From positions 44,020,001 through 44,084,000 of the forward strand of contig OZ024742.1 in the NCBI GenBank assembly GCA_964016885.1: a stretch of DNA of 64,000 nucleotides, given 5' to 3'. The DNA is from Eledone cirrhosa. Its lineage: Eukaryota. Both the position numbers and the translations under genes were made by a program. How positions within the stretch are numbered: the stretch's first letter is position 1; each line of letters starts with the position of its first letter. The notes beneath the pieces are model-generated. The model searched no databases. It worked only from the letters and a program-made list of their open reading frames with translations, and was not told where the DNA came from. Below, piece by piece: positions 1 through 14,225 of this stretch.

Positions 1-506
1 GAAATATGGTATAGTCATCTGTCAGTTTCTACAATGAGTGTTCAGGTTGTTTAATCAATGGGAGTGCTTGTTCATCAAATTAACATGAATTACAGGCACA
101 ACTCATTTATTTCAGCTGGGTGGACTAGAGCAACAGTGAGTAGAAAGTATCTTGCTCAAGGACATATGGGAATCAAATTCATGACCTTACAATCATGAAC
201 TGAACACCTAACCATTAAGCTACATACCTTCACACTACTACTATTATTAACAATGATGTTGATGATATAATAGTTTAATTGAATTACTGTCATTTGTAGA
301 TGGTTGAAGTGTTGTGAAGACTTTCTGAATAGATATAGAACAAAACATGTAACAGGATATCTTTAATGTGGTATGATATAGATAAACCTTGCTTGGCATT
401 TAGAGAATGTTAATGTTGTTGTTGATAGCTGCTGGGGGCAGAGATGATGGACTTAAAATTACAGTGAACCAATCTGCCTGTGTCTGTTCATTTTTGTACT
501 TTTATA

Positions 507-563
<57 letters not shown>

Positions 564-1034
564 GGAAATAACATTAAAAAATAGTACCAGAGAACAACAC
601 AAAATAATAAGAGTATACTAGTATATTATTTGTTAAACTTTAGAAGAGTTTTAAGGTTTCAGACACTAGTCCTTCATCAGAAGTGAAGAGAGAATAGCTG
701 TTTGGGAGAGAGGGGTAAAAGGAAGACATACAAAATATAAATAGGAAAATGGAGAAAAGAGAAAGAAGAAATCATGTAGTTCTTAGTCAACCACCTTACA
801 TGATAAAATATACCCAGTACACTCTGTAAAGTGTTTGGAAGGGCATCTGGCTATAGAAACAATACCAAATAAAAGGGCAGAGAGGACTATTAGTTATGTC
901 AAAGACATGATAAGCACCCTAGTGTTGATGCCATGCTAAAATGCACCTAATGCACTCTTTAAAGTGGTTGATGGTAGTAGGAAAGGTATCCAGCTGTAGA
1001 AACCATGCCAAAACCAGAGGTCATTTGTCTAAGG

Positions 1035-1370
1035 CAGAGGTTCTTAAACTGGGTGCTACCGCTCCCCGGGGGAGCGTTGAGAAGATCCAGGGGGTGCTGG
1101 GGTCTAAGGGGGCAGTGGGGGGTGGTAGAGATACTATAGTATATTAAATATCAAATGATACATATTACATATTAATATACTAAAATAAAAAATGTATATT
1201 TATTTATTTATGCATAGTATATATTATTTATTATATATAAATTAATGATTTTATTATATATTATTTACAATTTCCGTGTGGGCAGGTCTCTCTGGAAATG
1301 GGGGGGGGGGGGCAATGAGAGTATTACGTGGCCGTGAGGCAGAGTGACCCAAAAAGTTTGAGAACCTCTG
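1035..1370. mobile_element. hAT (Charlie-like) MITE inserted into a SINE tail
   Basis: TIRs cagaggttcttaaact / agtttgagaacctctg. Flanks gtctaagg / gtctaggt form an imperfect 8-bp TSD resembling the NTCTAGAN target. Confidence 0.7.
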
Positions 1371-1574
1371 GTCTAGGTGGCATTCCCTGGTCCAACTAGG
1401 ACAGTGTCTCCAATACAGTACTGACTTGGACTGTGGTGACCTGTCCAGCCCATGCTAGCATGAAAATATGAACACTAAATGATGATTCCACATACACATG
1501 CACACATGCATATTTATTATATACAACAAAGCACAAGTGAGTTGAGAAAAAATCTGGATATATGAAGAATCATA

Positions 1575-1790
1575 TGCAGTGTGCAAGTGAGAAGGCTGCA
1601 CTGGTATAAACATGTGATATGTATATGGAAGATAAAGAGTGAAGATGTGCCAAGAGATCCTTGTGGAAAGAAGCTTCAGTAGAGGGAGACCAAGGAAGAT
1701 CAGGGCAAAAATTAGAGCTGTTCACAAAACACTGAACCTCTTGGAAGAGATAAAGGAGCATAATGAGTGGAAACAAGCATTTAAAAACAA
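1575..1790 (+). mobile_element. RTE-type LINE 3' coding remnant
   Basis: Degenerate VQVRRLHWYKHV...SRGRPRK, typical of RTE ORF2 C-termini. Confidence 0.6.
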
Positions 1791-2404
1791 ATATAAAATG
1801 TTGATGACAATGGTATATACATGTATTATTAGTGGTAAGGGTGTTGGACTTATGATCATAATTTTGTGGGTTAGATTCCTGGACTGGGTTGTGTGTTGTG
1901 TTCTTGAGCAAAACACTTCATTTTATGTTTCTCCAGTGTACTCAACTGAAAATGAGTACCAGCTGTACTTATAGTCAAATGTTGTTTATATCTTAATAAC
2001 AAACTAGAATTTAACTGAATGAAATAGCCAGTCTAATGTGCATACATCAGTGACATAATTATTATCATTATCATAATCATTTATCATCCATTTTGTCTGC
2101 TAGCAAAGGTTGGATGTGTCATTACAGACAGTCAGTACTCAAGCGGTCATCAACCTCCAGGTGGGCTGGGAGCCTGACATATTCTGCACTCTACTGAGTA
2201 CATTTTATTGTGGTACCAACACTGCTAAAGTTGTCATGTCCTGAAGAGTCCTTCCAATCCTTTGTTTGCTAGGTTTTATATGGCTAGATACTCAAGGCCA
2301 GCAAGTTTGAGACAATGGTAAAGTCAATGAAATTGACCCCTGTATTTGATTGGTAATTTATTTTATCAACTCTGGTGGTAGGTTGGAGGATTATTAGAGT
2401 ATTG

Positions 2405-2595
2405 GACAAAACCAACCGGCAGGAGACCCATGAGTAGACCCCAATCAAGATGGTTGGATAACATCCATGAGCTTGGCTGGTCTCACTTGGGGATCCAGTC
2501 GGATCAGTTGGAGATGGTTGCTTCTTACAGGACTCGCCGGAAGGAGTGTTTGCAGACTCTGCCCCCATGAACCTCTCAGGAATAAGTGGGCAAAA
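2405..2595 (+). mobile_element. RTE LINE 3' end fragment (same family at 6860-7210, 52060-52150, 54765-54990)
   Basis: KPTGRRP..RP..RWLDNIHELGWS.LG is repeated in several dispersed copies. Confidence 0.7.
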
Positions 2596-3495
2596 AAGAA
2601 CTCTGGAAGGAAGAAAGGCAAGTTTGACATTGGCAGGATTTGAATTCAAACTATAAAGGACCATAACTAGATGCCCAAAAATATTTTGTCCAACACTAAC
2701 AATTCTGCCAATCCACCACTGAGAATTAATTCACTCAAAATATTAAGTAGTCTAGTTAATATGAAGCATTCTGAGTTATGTAATAAATGACTGATAAATA
2801 TTTTAGAAAGCTGGTACAAAGCAGTATAAATATATAAAGGATAATAACCTTGAAATGTGTTGAAATATTACTTTGTTTGTCATCCTTTACCCTCCATATA
2901 TTTCTACCACATTGTATCAGCTTTCTGAAATATTTATCAGTTAATTATTTATTCATAATATGTATGTACAACTCAGTATATATTAGAAAATTTATGATAA
3001 ATTTAATGTAGTTACTACTTAAGTTTATAAGCCATGCTGCAAAATTGAAAATGAAGACACAGACAGACATATTCATTGGATTCCAGGATCAATGCCATTG
3101 TGTGTAACCTTTGTACCGGGTACTTTTTATCGTGGCACCAGCACTAAAGAGGCTTGTTCTCAATATCATCATTTAATGTCTGTTTTTCCTGGTAGCAAGA
3201 GTTGAGCAGGTCTTCATAGACTGAGTTAGTACTCAAGTGGGAATACTGACCTCTCTGCTCGTATAAAAACAAATTTTATTTTCCCCCTTATGTCAAAACA
3301 GAAAATGTATGTGAGTGAAAGGTGTCAACTCTCTCAACCAAACCAACCAAGAACTAGAACTACATAAAACGTTATTGTTTGTCATATGGAAAGGTCATTT
3401 CAAACTGAGTTTACTGGCACATTGATGCTTCAGGAAAATTATAACAATCCTCAACTATGACATTACCTGAGAAACTGTTTTTTTTTCTTTTTTGG

Positions 3496-3579
<84 letters not shown>

Positions 3580-3625
3580 ATATATATATATATACACACA
3601 CACATATATATATATATATATATTT
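3496..3625. repeat. Compound (CT)n-(TA)n-(CA)n microsatellite, representative of dozens in the window
   Basis: Direct reading. Confidence 0.95.
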
Positions 3626-4424
3626 CTTTTTCTGTCTGTCTCTGTTACTCTTCTTGTCTCCTTCAATTTCTCTGTCTATTTGTCTCTCTCTTTCGTTCAC
3701 TTTATATATATATCTTTTTCTCTGTCATTCCTTCTGTTTCTCTCATTCATCAACCATCAACAAAGCCCACTTGAAACGTTGACAAAGGATCCATTACACA
3801 TTAAATACAAATGCTAAAGTATTTTCACCGGGGAAACTACAGACTAGCTAGAAATGAAGTGGAACATTTATTTCCATAATTATTTTCTAGAGACTCACAA
3901 TATTCAACCAATGTCAACTACATCTCTTCCACACCCTCATAATTAACCAAAAACCTCACCTCCATCATTTCTATCCAACCCAGTAAGATTGTTTATCCGT
4001 CACTATACTTACTGTTAAACAATAGGTTGGTGGATATCTATTAACTCACTATATCCTCTGTTAAATCTTGAAATTCTATTATTAGATTTTCCCCTCCTCT
4101 CAATTTCTCCACACAAATAAAGACCACTCTATTACTACTCAAATGCCAAAGCAATTTGAAACTCTAAATTGTCGAGAATTCCGTATCTTAAAAGATCCCA
4201 TAATTATTTTACAGAATCTAACAATATTCATACAATATCATTTAGACTTTTTTCTTCAAATGAATGTCTGCCTCTCTCTCGCTCTCGCTCTCTCTCTCTC
4301 TCTCTCTGTGCAGTAGGATATGACGGGTTGTCATTGTTCATGACGTAGTATCTAAAGGCTGAATAGCCATATTTTTTTCATATTTTGACATGGCTTCTGT
4401 ATCTGGATGCCCTTTCTAATACAA

Positions 4425-4610
4425 ATCACTTTGCAGAGTGTACTGGGTGCATTTTATCATGACACCAGCACTGCCACTTTACAGAGTGTACTAGGTACAT
4501 TTTATTGTGACACCAGCACTGCTGCTTTACAAAATGTACTGAGTACATTTTATTGTGGCACCAGCACTACCACTTTACAAAGTGTGTTAGGTACATTTTA
4601 TTGAGGGACA
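4425..4610. repeat. About 4 tandem copies of a 48-bp unit derived from a SINE internal segment
   Basis: Unit cactttacagagtgtactgggtgcattttatcatgacaccagcactgc. A similar expansion occurs at about 7455-7600. Confidence 0.8.
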
Positions 4611-4899
4611 TTTTATTCTAACCACATGCCCATAGTGTCAGAGGTGTGATCTCTCAATTCAGAGTAGTAGCAACTCTCTGACCTCCAAGCTACATACTCT
4701 ATCGAGTAACATTACTCCAAAGACCTTTTGGAGGAATCCCATTTTGGCCACTTGTATTAATAATCATATTCTTTTGGGCGTTACCTAAGATTCTTCGCCA
4801 TCGGTAAGAGTTGGCATGAATACGAAAAATTAAAGGTAGCAGGTTTAGTTTTTACACATACCTCCCTCCCTTTTGATAATTGATTGCTGAAGCTGGCAC

Positions 4900-5475
4900 A
4901 TTACTGCACCAGCTCTTGCAATTCTTGTACTTAATTCAGCTTCCTGCCTTCCATCACTCATGAACACGATGCTGAGATACTTGAACTTCTCCACTTGCTT
5001 CAGTATAACTCCACTCACATGTAGAGTTCACTGTGCAGGCTTCCTTGAGAGGATGAGTGTCTCAGTCTTTGCAGCACTGATTTTTATTCCAGCTGTATAT
5101 CACTCAGCATCAAACCTATTAAGTGAAGAATCACTTTGTGGCAAGGGAAGTACTATGTTGTCATCTGCAAATTCCAGCCAAATGGTCCTACACCTGTCAA
5201 TCATGATAACACTTCCAGCCTTGTTGTGAATGTCAATCCTGTTCATGGAAGATTATGAACAGGTGAGATGACAGTATGGTTTCAATTTAGCACTTTTTAT
5301 CTGAACAAAGATACTAAGACATTCATATAGTATGGGATCTATGGGCAGCATCTTGTTGCCCTGATCCCATATTCCTTCATAGCAGCTCCCATGGAATGTG
5401 GTCATATGCCTTTTCGATGTCTATGAAGTAAGCATACATCTCTTGGCAGTACTCCCATGATTTCTCAAAGACCTG
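4900..5475 (-). mobile_element. Degenerate RTE-like reverse transcriptase fragment
   Basis: The minus strand gives FIDIEKAYD (about 5400-5428) and LEFADD (about 5160-5178), with frameshifts. Confidence 0.75.
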
Positions 5476-6038
5476 TATGATATGTATATCGTGTATACCA
5501 TAGCATGGATGAATTTTATTGTGGCACCAGCATTATCAGTTTATAGAATGTACTGGATGTATTTGATCATGGCACCAACACTACCACTTCACATAATGTA
5601 TTGCATGCATTTTATTGTGATACCAATGCTGCCACTTTGACTGGTTGTCCTTCCTATCACCAACCACTTTACAGTGTTGACTAGGTGTATTTTATCATGA
5701 CACATTATTACTACCAGTTTACCCACATAAATCCTGTCTGACTTGGTTCAAACCATGTATCTATTGCTTTCTAGGTCATTGTATAACTGATTATTCATCT
5801 AAAGAGCTTCTGTTATTCCATCTATAATTTGATTCATGAGGTTATTTCTCAATGATCCAAAATAGGACATGTTTCTTTCATCCTCATTTTATGTCTACTT
5901 TCCATGCTGGCATGAGTTGGATGAGTTGTCACGGTCCAAAGTCGTTTTTTTATTCAAAGTTATTGCTTGATAGATATATTATACTATAGCATGGTACATA
6001 TATCATTGCTCAGCATTTCTCATCTTATATTTTTGTAG

Positions 6039-6243
6039 CCAACTCACATTGCTGATTTCACTGATGTAGAATCTATCCAGACATCTGATGACAAAGGTGT
6101 ATTACAGCTGAAGATAGCCGGTGCTACGGAACCTTTGAATTTGACATGTGTGTCTGTGAGCGGCGCTGAAGATATGGCAGATCTTATTGATGGCTATTGT
6201 CGTTTGGTTAACAACACACACACTTCTTTGTGGAAACGGAAAA
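6039..6243 (+). CDS. PTK2: FAK exon, end of FERM domain (F3 lobe)
   Basis: ttttgtAG|...|GTaagt. Translates PTHIADFTDVESIQTSDDKGVLQLKIAGATEPLNLTCVSVSGAEDMADLIDGYCRLVNNTHTSLWKRK, matching the FAK FERM motifs PTHLADF, LQLKIAGAPEPL and MADLIDGYCRLVN. Phase 0 to 1. Confidence 0.96.
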
Positions 6244-8810
6244 GTAAGTTAAACGTGGTTTCATCTCATTCTTTGTTTTTTGAAATTTTGGTAAAATATT
6301 CTAACGGTTATATAAAGTAATTATTCTGATTCTAATATAAATGTTATTAGACATTCATCATCATCATCAATATTTTAGATCTAAAAGGGTGGAGTGGGGG
6401 CTTCTGCTTGCTACTAATACCATGTAACCCAGTACAACCTCCTTCATGCTTGAGTGGTCGGCGACTAGACCCCCCCCCCCCCACCAGGCCCATGTCTGGT
6501 GAGGAGGGTAAGTGAAACTACAGCAGCACAAAATACAAGAGCTGTTAAAAGGCCAGATGAACTCCAACTATGGGTTAAATAACCTCACCATCCCACAATT
6601 AGCCAAGCATGGTGAGTATGGCTACATTCCTGACATGACCAAAACCAAACAGAAAGTGGTGGAAGTCAACAGGAATGAGAATGTCTTGGATTGGAAGTAT
6701 TGGTAGAATATTGGACAAAATGTTTTGCAGTATTTAATTACAACTTTCTACATCTTGAATTCAAATCCCACCCTGGTCAACTTTATTTTATCGAACCTGG
6801 AAGGACGAAAGACAAAGTACCAGTTAAGTACTGGGATTGATATAATCATAATTGATTTTCTCTTCCTCCAAATTGGCATGGATTGGGTCTTTGGACTAAC
6901 TTTACCTGATAGTGCATAGCTTGGAGTCGCTCCAGCTAGAGCCACTACTTTTCCAAATTGAGATATCACAGCTCCGATATTATGAGCATGTGGTTAGAAT
7001 GTCTCGGGAAAGAATCGTTGGACAGATTTTACTGGCAGAAGACCCAAGGGTAGACCCTCCCCCCAAGCAAGATTGTTGGGTAACATCCATGAGCCTGGCT
7101 GGTCATGTTTGGGGGTCCAGCTGGATCAATTGGAGACGGTTGCTTCTGACAGGACTTGCTGGAAGGTGTGTTTGAGGACTCTATCCCCCACAACCCTCTC
7201 AGGAATAAGCTGTTTGGAGAGGTTGCACTGCAACTCACCACCTAACATGGTCCCTTCTCATCAGGCATATTCAGCAATGGTAAAGAGCTTCTGTCAACAT
7301 CATCATCATTATCATCATTTTACATTCATTTTCCATGCTAACATGGGTTGGACAGGTTGTCATAATCCATGACTCGACACAGATCTGAGAACTATGTCTT
7401 GTTCATATGTTCCATATTCTAGTTTCTGTTGCAGGATACCCTTCCTAACACAGACCACTTTATAGAGTGTACTAGCTGCATCTTATAGTGGCACCAGCAC
7501 TACTATTTTACTGTGTACTGCGTGCATTTTATCTCTGGCACCAGCATTACCAGTTTATAGAATGTACTGGATGTATTTTATCATGGCACCAATGCTACCA
7601 CTCTGACTGGGTGTCCTTCCTATCACCAACTACTTTAGTGTTCACTAGGTGTATTTTATCATGACACATTATAACTACCAGTCTGACTTGGTTCAAACCA
7701 TGTATCTATTGCTTTCTAGGTCATTGTATAACTGATTATTCATCTAAAGAGCTCCTGTTATTCCATCTTCTTAGATTAGATACTATAATTTGATTCATGA
7801 GGTTATTTCTCAATGACCTAACGTAGGACATGTTTCTGTCATACTTATTTTATTTACTTTCCATACTGGCATGAGTTGGATGAGTGTTACAGTCCAAGTC
7901 AGCTTTTATTCAGAGTTATTGCCCTTCTAGAGAGTTAGAGGACTACATCTCACTTGAACATTTCTTTTTTTTTTTTATGGCATACTTCCTACAGTTTAAT
8001 GCCCTTCCTAACACTAATCACTTAGCAGAGTGTACTCAGTGCATTTTGAGTCACCAAGGGTGTAATTGTCTTGTCCTCAGCAGGAATTAAAGCTTGAACA
8101 TAAGTAGATTGACCTACCCTGCTAGCAGTAATGATAAGATAATAGTTTAAAATAACAAGAAGAAAAATTATAGCATAATCAATAACACAGTATAATCAAT
8201 TCTTATGGGAACTTTTCTTTGTTGTTTACTATATTTTACTTGTGTAGCCATATAGGGTTTCCAAATTACTTGATAATGGTCTCTTCATTGTTTATGTAGA
8301 ACCTTTTATTTTAGATCGTCTGATGATGTGTAACCAATAAATAAATGTCAGATTGATGTCCTCTCATGTAAGTGTGCCATGTCTGTCACTATTATCTTAC
8401 CATCTTGCTGTAACTCATGCAGCCAGTCATTGGAATGCCACTCTAGACGTTCTGCTAGTCAGCTATTGTCATTGATCTCTATCTAGTGCCATGTGCAAAA
8501 GTATGACTGTTCAGACATGTCCAGTTCTTGATATTTGTCAAACTAGGATTGTGTCCTGGAGAATTATTATGGACAGGGAACTGTAATAGGATACATGCCT
8601 GACACAAATCTAAATTATACAAATGTATCTGATGTAGCTTGATCTTCATTACCCCCTCCTTTATTTATTTGAAAAAATTATTTTCTATTGTTGTTGTTAT
8701 TGATGATGATGATGATGATGATAATGTGAAACTGCAGATCAACCCTGATCTAGAACACCTATACCATGTAAGAAATCAATCATTTAGTCATGATCCACAG
8801 ATCCATTGCT

Positions 8811-8849
<39 letters not shown>

Positions 8850-10342
8850 GCCGTTCTACCACATTTCAAAACTCGGCAATATATTGTTTGGTATTTAGTA
8901 TGGTAGTCCTGGTATATTGTATTTCATCCATTGTCTAGTCTACTTGGTTCTGGTAGTGGGTGTAGTGGGTGGCCACTCTAGAGAGTAACTGTTGTTGATC
9001 TTCTGCACTTATCCCAACACAGTGAGTCTAATGAGGTTACTGATGATGGTGCTGACTGAGTCAGAAAGAGATAATGTGTTTCTAAGATGTTATTATGTTA
9101 GTGTTATGGGCTGTTGTAAATGTATCTGGACTGTCGGAGACATAGTGTTGTTTGGATGGTGTAACAGTAGTGTTGTGGGGTGTTGTAACAGTAGTGTTGT
9201 GGACTGTTATAAATGTATGTAGATTGTGTGGGAGACGTAGTGTGATAATGTTGTGGGGTGTGGTTAATAGGATAGGGATTTTAGGACGTTGTAGTAATGT
9301 GTCAACTGAGAGATAATGTTAAGATGGGAGAGGAGAGGATATATATGTGCCTGGAGGTGTGTGTAGATCTTCCTGCATTTTAAAACAGAGAAGATAATTG
9401 GGCTTCCATCAGAATGGTCGATCTACCACAGTTCTTTTCACATATCCACCTGGTTCTTGTGTATCGTAGTGTATTCCTGGGTTGGTCCCCTTCTCCGTTG
9501 CCCTTTTGTGTCCATGTTATTGTAGTCCTTGCATGCCAAGTAGCTAGCAGGTACAAAATGTAACCTGCTAAGCAAAACCAACACAGAGACACTTGTTTTG
9601 TTTATGTATATATGTGTGTGTCTGTGTATCTGGTTTTATATTCTGTAATTTAGTGGTTTGACAAAAAGTGATCAATGAACTAAGTACCAGACTTGAAAAA
9701 TATAAATAGTAGAGTCGATATGATCAACTAAATCCCTTTATGGCACTACACTAGCATGGCTACAATCTAATGAAACAAATAAGAGTGAATAAAAGTGTGT
9801 GTGCATGCACCTGCATGTGTGTGTTGGTATATTTTTCTCACAGATGATGTCTACATTGTAAAATAATTGAGAGTAATTAAGGTTTGGTCTGTGTATCTAA
9901 TTGTGTTCTGTTCCCAATAGGAAGTAGCTCAGTATGTGGAGTGTGAAGTGGTCTTCCTGCCACCACCACTTCTCCAATGAAACCCAGTAGTCAACAATCT
10001 TATATACTCTGTCGTTTATGTTCACTATATTTCACCGTGGAAACTGTTTTATCAATCATTACCATGCTGCTTCTTTATTAATCATCATCACCGCCTCCTC
10101 CACCACCATCATTATCACCAGAACAAGAACAAATGTACTTTCACTCACTCAAGTAAATTTTCTTCTTTTTTTTTTTTTAAATAATTATTTTTTGCAATAT
10201 TTTCAGTCAATTTTAATTTGATTTCCTTTTTTTTTTCTCTTTTTTTTTTTCAATTTAAATATTTTACTTTAGTTTTTTTTTTTTCTTAAATTTTTCTTTT
10301 CTTTTTTTTTATATTTTTTTCCCCTCTATTTCCTATTTGAAG

Positions 10343-10381
10343 CCAACAATTTCAGATGTTCTTCCGCCTCCGAAAGTGAAG
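10343..10381 (+). CDS. PTK2: Candidate FAK linker micro-exon (39 nt, symmetric phase 1-1; alternative acceptor at 10356)
   Basis: Long pyrimidine tract at 10160-10340, then tttgaAG|ccaacaat...gaaagtgaag|GTttgt. Reads TNNFRCSSASESE in the frame that continues to the next exons. No homology support. Confidence 0.5.
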
Positions 10382-12591
10382 GTTTGTAAACAGTTATTAA
10401 TTTCAACTTCAATATTATTATTATTATCTAATTCCTTGTGTGTAAGAGTGGAAAGGCAGAATCATTAGAGAGTTGGATAAAATACTTTCTGGCACTTCTC
10501 TTTATGTTCTGAGTTCAAATTCCAATCTTGCATAGGTCAACTTTTCCTTTCATCTTTCCGAAGCTGATAAAATGAAACACTAGTCATATACTAAGTTTGA
10601 TTTAATCATTAAAACACACAGGAAACCTCCTATGACAAACAACTTCATAGGAGGCCAGCTAAACCTGCTGTGAGCTATAATTCTTATTCTATTACAAGAC
10701 AAGAATCTGAATTTTTATTATATCTGTATGTGTCAACAGGCAAGGACAACCTTGGTGGGATTCAAAATTATAAAACGGGAGGTAACTGTGTAACAGAAAT
10801 ATTTAATCTGTCACTCTACCATTTATTTTATTCTTTAACTGGTTTTAGTAATTAAACTACAGACATGCTGGGGCAGTGATTTAAAGGGATTTAGTCAGTT
10901 GTATTGACCACAGTATTAACTTTTGAAGTTTAATTCTTATTCCATCCTTTTTTTGTTGAACAACTAAGTTATGGGATACAAACATTAAACATAAACACAG
11001 GTACGAACACACACACATACATATGATAGAATAAAGGCCCCTGACTAAATCTACTCTCACCTAAATCCACCCTCACTTGACACTTGGTTAAGTTCACTCT
11101 TACTCAAATCCTGATGAAATCTACCCACACTCATCTCCTAACCAAATCTACCCTTCAACCAACACCTACACACACTCAAGTCCAAAGAATAGCAATAAAA
11201 CCTAAACATTCACTAGCAATTGCAGTATATAGTTACGTACATCTCTTTACCTTCTGAGTTCAAATCTAGACAAAGTCAACTTTGCATTGAATCCGTTTAG
11301 AGTCAACAAAATAAATAAGTCAAGTGCTGGGGTCAACATAATTGACTATAAGTTCTATCGATTATGCCCATGTGCGCCATCATCATCGTCATTTTAACAT
11401 TTGCTTTCCCTTCTACCAAGGGTTAGATAGGTTTAGATAGTCAAAGTCAATTCTGAAGCGGTGTTACTGATCCCCAATTGAAACCAGGGAGCTACATCTT
11501 GCTTATGTATGGTCTCACATTCTACCAAGTGCACAGGAGAGGCCATCATTTCATTGACACACCTGAGGGGTCCTCCCAACCCTTGTTTGGCAAGATTTCT
11601 ATGGCTAGATGCCCTTCCTATTACCATCCACTTGACAGCATGTACTGGGTGCATTTACTGAGTAGGTCACCAACACTAGAAATGGTTAAAAAAAAAATAA
11701 GATTAGATATTTAAGATGTGGAGACATTGACCACAATCTTTGCAATTATTTCCAGACTGGTAGATGATATAACTGATTTTTAGCCTGGATATCTGTAGAA
11801 AAGAATCTGAAGGATCTGGTACCTATTGGCAATGGTATGATGGTGTTTGTGGTGGTGGTGGTTATACTAGATGAAAATTCTATCCATTTTAACACAATAC
11901 AAAAGTTTTAGTTTACTGAATCAAGTCTTAATATATTACTGGTACTTAATAATTTAACACTTTTAGTGCCAGACTGCTTGAAAATGACCTTGGTTCTATG
12001 ATACAAAACTTACATCATAATTTTATGAAAAAATTTAAATAACTCTTCAAACACAAGATGAGAAAGTTATATTACAAACACTAAATATATAAGAAAGTAA
12101 TTCTACAAAATATTTTTAAAATCATAGCCAGTTTATTTTGTTAGAAATATGGTAACAAAAGGATTAAACTATTATTGCTGTTGTTGTTGTTGATGTCTGT
12201 TTATAGTGATTTAGTATTATAACTAACTCAGTCATTGCTACCCCAGTGATACAAACCCTAACAGTTGAATATTGCTCTCTGGTGTACAGAATCCCAGACA
12301 TGTCTTATTATTATCCATACAATGTCCAAGTTTTTACTTTCTAAGTTCAAATCCCACCAAAGTCAACTTTGCTTCTCATCCTTCCAAGATCAATAAAATA
12401 ATGTGTCAAGCAATGGGATCAATATAATTACCCCCCTCTCCCCTCCTCCCCCAATAAAAGAGATTTGCTGGCTTTGTGCTTGAATTAGAAAGAATTATTA
12501 TCTATATAATGTTTTCAAACTTTTCTGGTTTGTTTTTATTTCTTGTTAGATGTCAAAGAACTAATGTGTTTTGTTTACTTCCATTTTTCAG

Positions 12592-12622
12592 CCGATACTA
12601 TGCCACGAACATCTCGTTCTAG
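12592..12622 (+). CDS. PTK2: Candidate FAK linker micro-exon (31 nt)
   Basis: ctaat...ccatttttcAG|ccgatactatgccacgaacatctcgttctag|GTaaga, with strong splice sites. Phase 1 to 2 reads (A/T)DTMPRTSRS. Confidence 0.65.
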
Positions 12623-14009
12623 GTAAGAAATATTTGAATTGACTTAAAACTTCACCTCAAATTTATTTACCATTACACTGGCCCAATTATTTACCTAAAT
12701 CCCTGTTAACCTAAAATTATTATTTATTGTGATGGCGATGTATTTGTTTTGCAAGGTTTTTTTTATATGAAATTGTGTGTTGAAACAGATATTTTTATAC
12801 TTGGGGAGGGTCATATTGTTCTAATATTGCCCCCAAAATATAGTAAAACACACTCACTGTTTGGTTTGGTTTTTGCTTGAGTATATTTTATATTTCTATA
12901 GATATTCAGCTGGCAATCAATGTTTATCATTGATTGACCAACAGTTAAAAATATAGATATAGTTTCTCAGAGTTCTTTCATCACACATCTGTGACATCAA
13001 TATGTAATTGAAGACAAATACTGTGGATTAGCATTTTTCGTCATTGTTTGTTGTTGTTCTGTGGCTGTGAGGTTCAAGTACTGGACTACCTGGTCACACA
13101 TTCAGTCCTTAATGCTTCAGTCTATCCGCTGTAAGCCTAATAATAAAAGAAGCATGTCACTAATTTGTGTTGGCCTCAGTCTGCCTGGTTGGTATGTAGG
13201 TTCCCCTCTTACTCCAAAGTTGTGAATCAAAGTGGAAGGGGAATCAAAATGTAAAAACAAAACGAAAAATGTGTCATATGTAACCCATAGAAACCCATAA
13301 AAGTCAGCAAAATGGCTCTAAAACAGGGATGTATGATTTTTAATTAATAATATTATGAAAGAACCTTTGCTTAGTTACTCTTCAGATGCCAGATAAATAA
13401 TGAGAAAGTTATAAAACAAACACCAAATATATGAGAAATGATTTGAAAATCCTAGACAGTGTATTAGAAATATGATGAAAGGGTTAGACTGCCATTGTTG
13501 GTGTCTGTAGTGATTTAGTAGAACAATATCCAGGTCTTTACTTCTTGAGTTCACAAAATTAAACGCACAACTTTATATTTTAATTAACTACCAATATACA
13601 AATTCATACATCTATCTCAGTATACTACTATTTCCTTGTTGTTTATATGATATGCATGCCTTCTAATGAAAGCCAAACAAGGCTTGAAAATCAATAGGGT
13701 TTATCATTTAAAAAAATTTACAATGAATTACAAGTATGTGGCATGTTTATATAAATTTACAAAACATTTGTAAATTTATATTCACATTTACACACTTGCA
13801 GTTACTTCTACTTAGTATATATAGATATAACTTTATCACACACAAACACACCCATATATAATATAAACATACATATACAGACAAAGAATTATACATCAAT
13901 TATAACACTGAGTAAACTCATTATGCAAGAATCATAAGTTCAAAATTGGAATAAGTAAGCAAGATAAAAAAATATACCTTCGTTCCTTCTCATCCCATCC
14001 TCATATCTG

Positions 14010-14225
14010 AGGGTCGGGGTCATGGACTTATGGACCAGCACTCTCCATCGTTTCCTGTCTCTTACCATTGCCGTACATTCCTCCAAACTCCTTCCTGTCC
14101 ATCTCCTTTTCTGCGATCTCTTGACTCTTTTCCTCTCTCTATTTGTCCCTCAAGAATGTAGGTAGTCAAATTTTGGGCCCTGATGACATGACCAAAATAC
14201 TGAAGTTTCCTTTTCCTTACACTTA
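14010..14225 (-). mobile_element. RTE LINE 3' fragment
   Basis: RKRKLQYFGHVIRAQNLTTYILEGQIE on the minus strand. Confidence 0.7.

Noticed and set aside
3455-3782. ORFs made of ER/SL/YI repeats (similar ones at 20.1, 36.6, 53.3, 56.5-57 and 59-60 kb)
   Set aside because: Translations of dinucleotide microsatellites and minisatellites, not genes.
4425-4610. Regularly spaced repeats that look CRISPR-like
   Set aside because: Contiguous tandem units without unique spacers, derived from a SINE. Eukaryotic context with no cas genes.
1-6038. Upstream FERM exons
   Set aside because: No FAK-like peptide with splice sites was found. The region is explained by repeats.
8270-8350. Possible Penelope GIY-YIG remnant (FIGYTS) on the minus strand
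   Set aside because: Too short and degenerate to support.
9921-10152. Single long exon from the acceptor at 9921 to the donor at 10153
   Set aside because: In-frame stop (TGA) within nine codons in the required phase.
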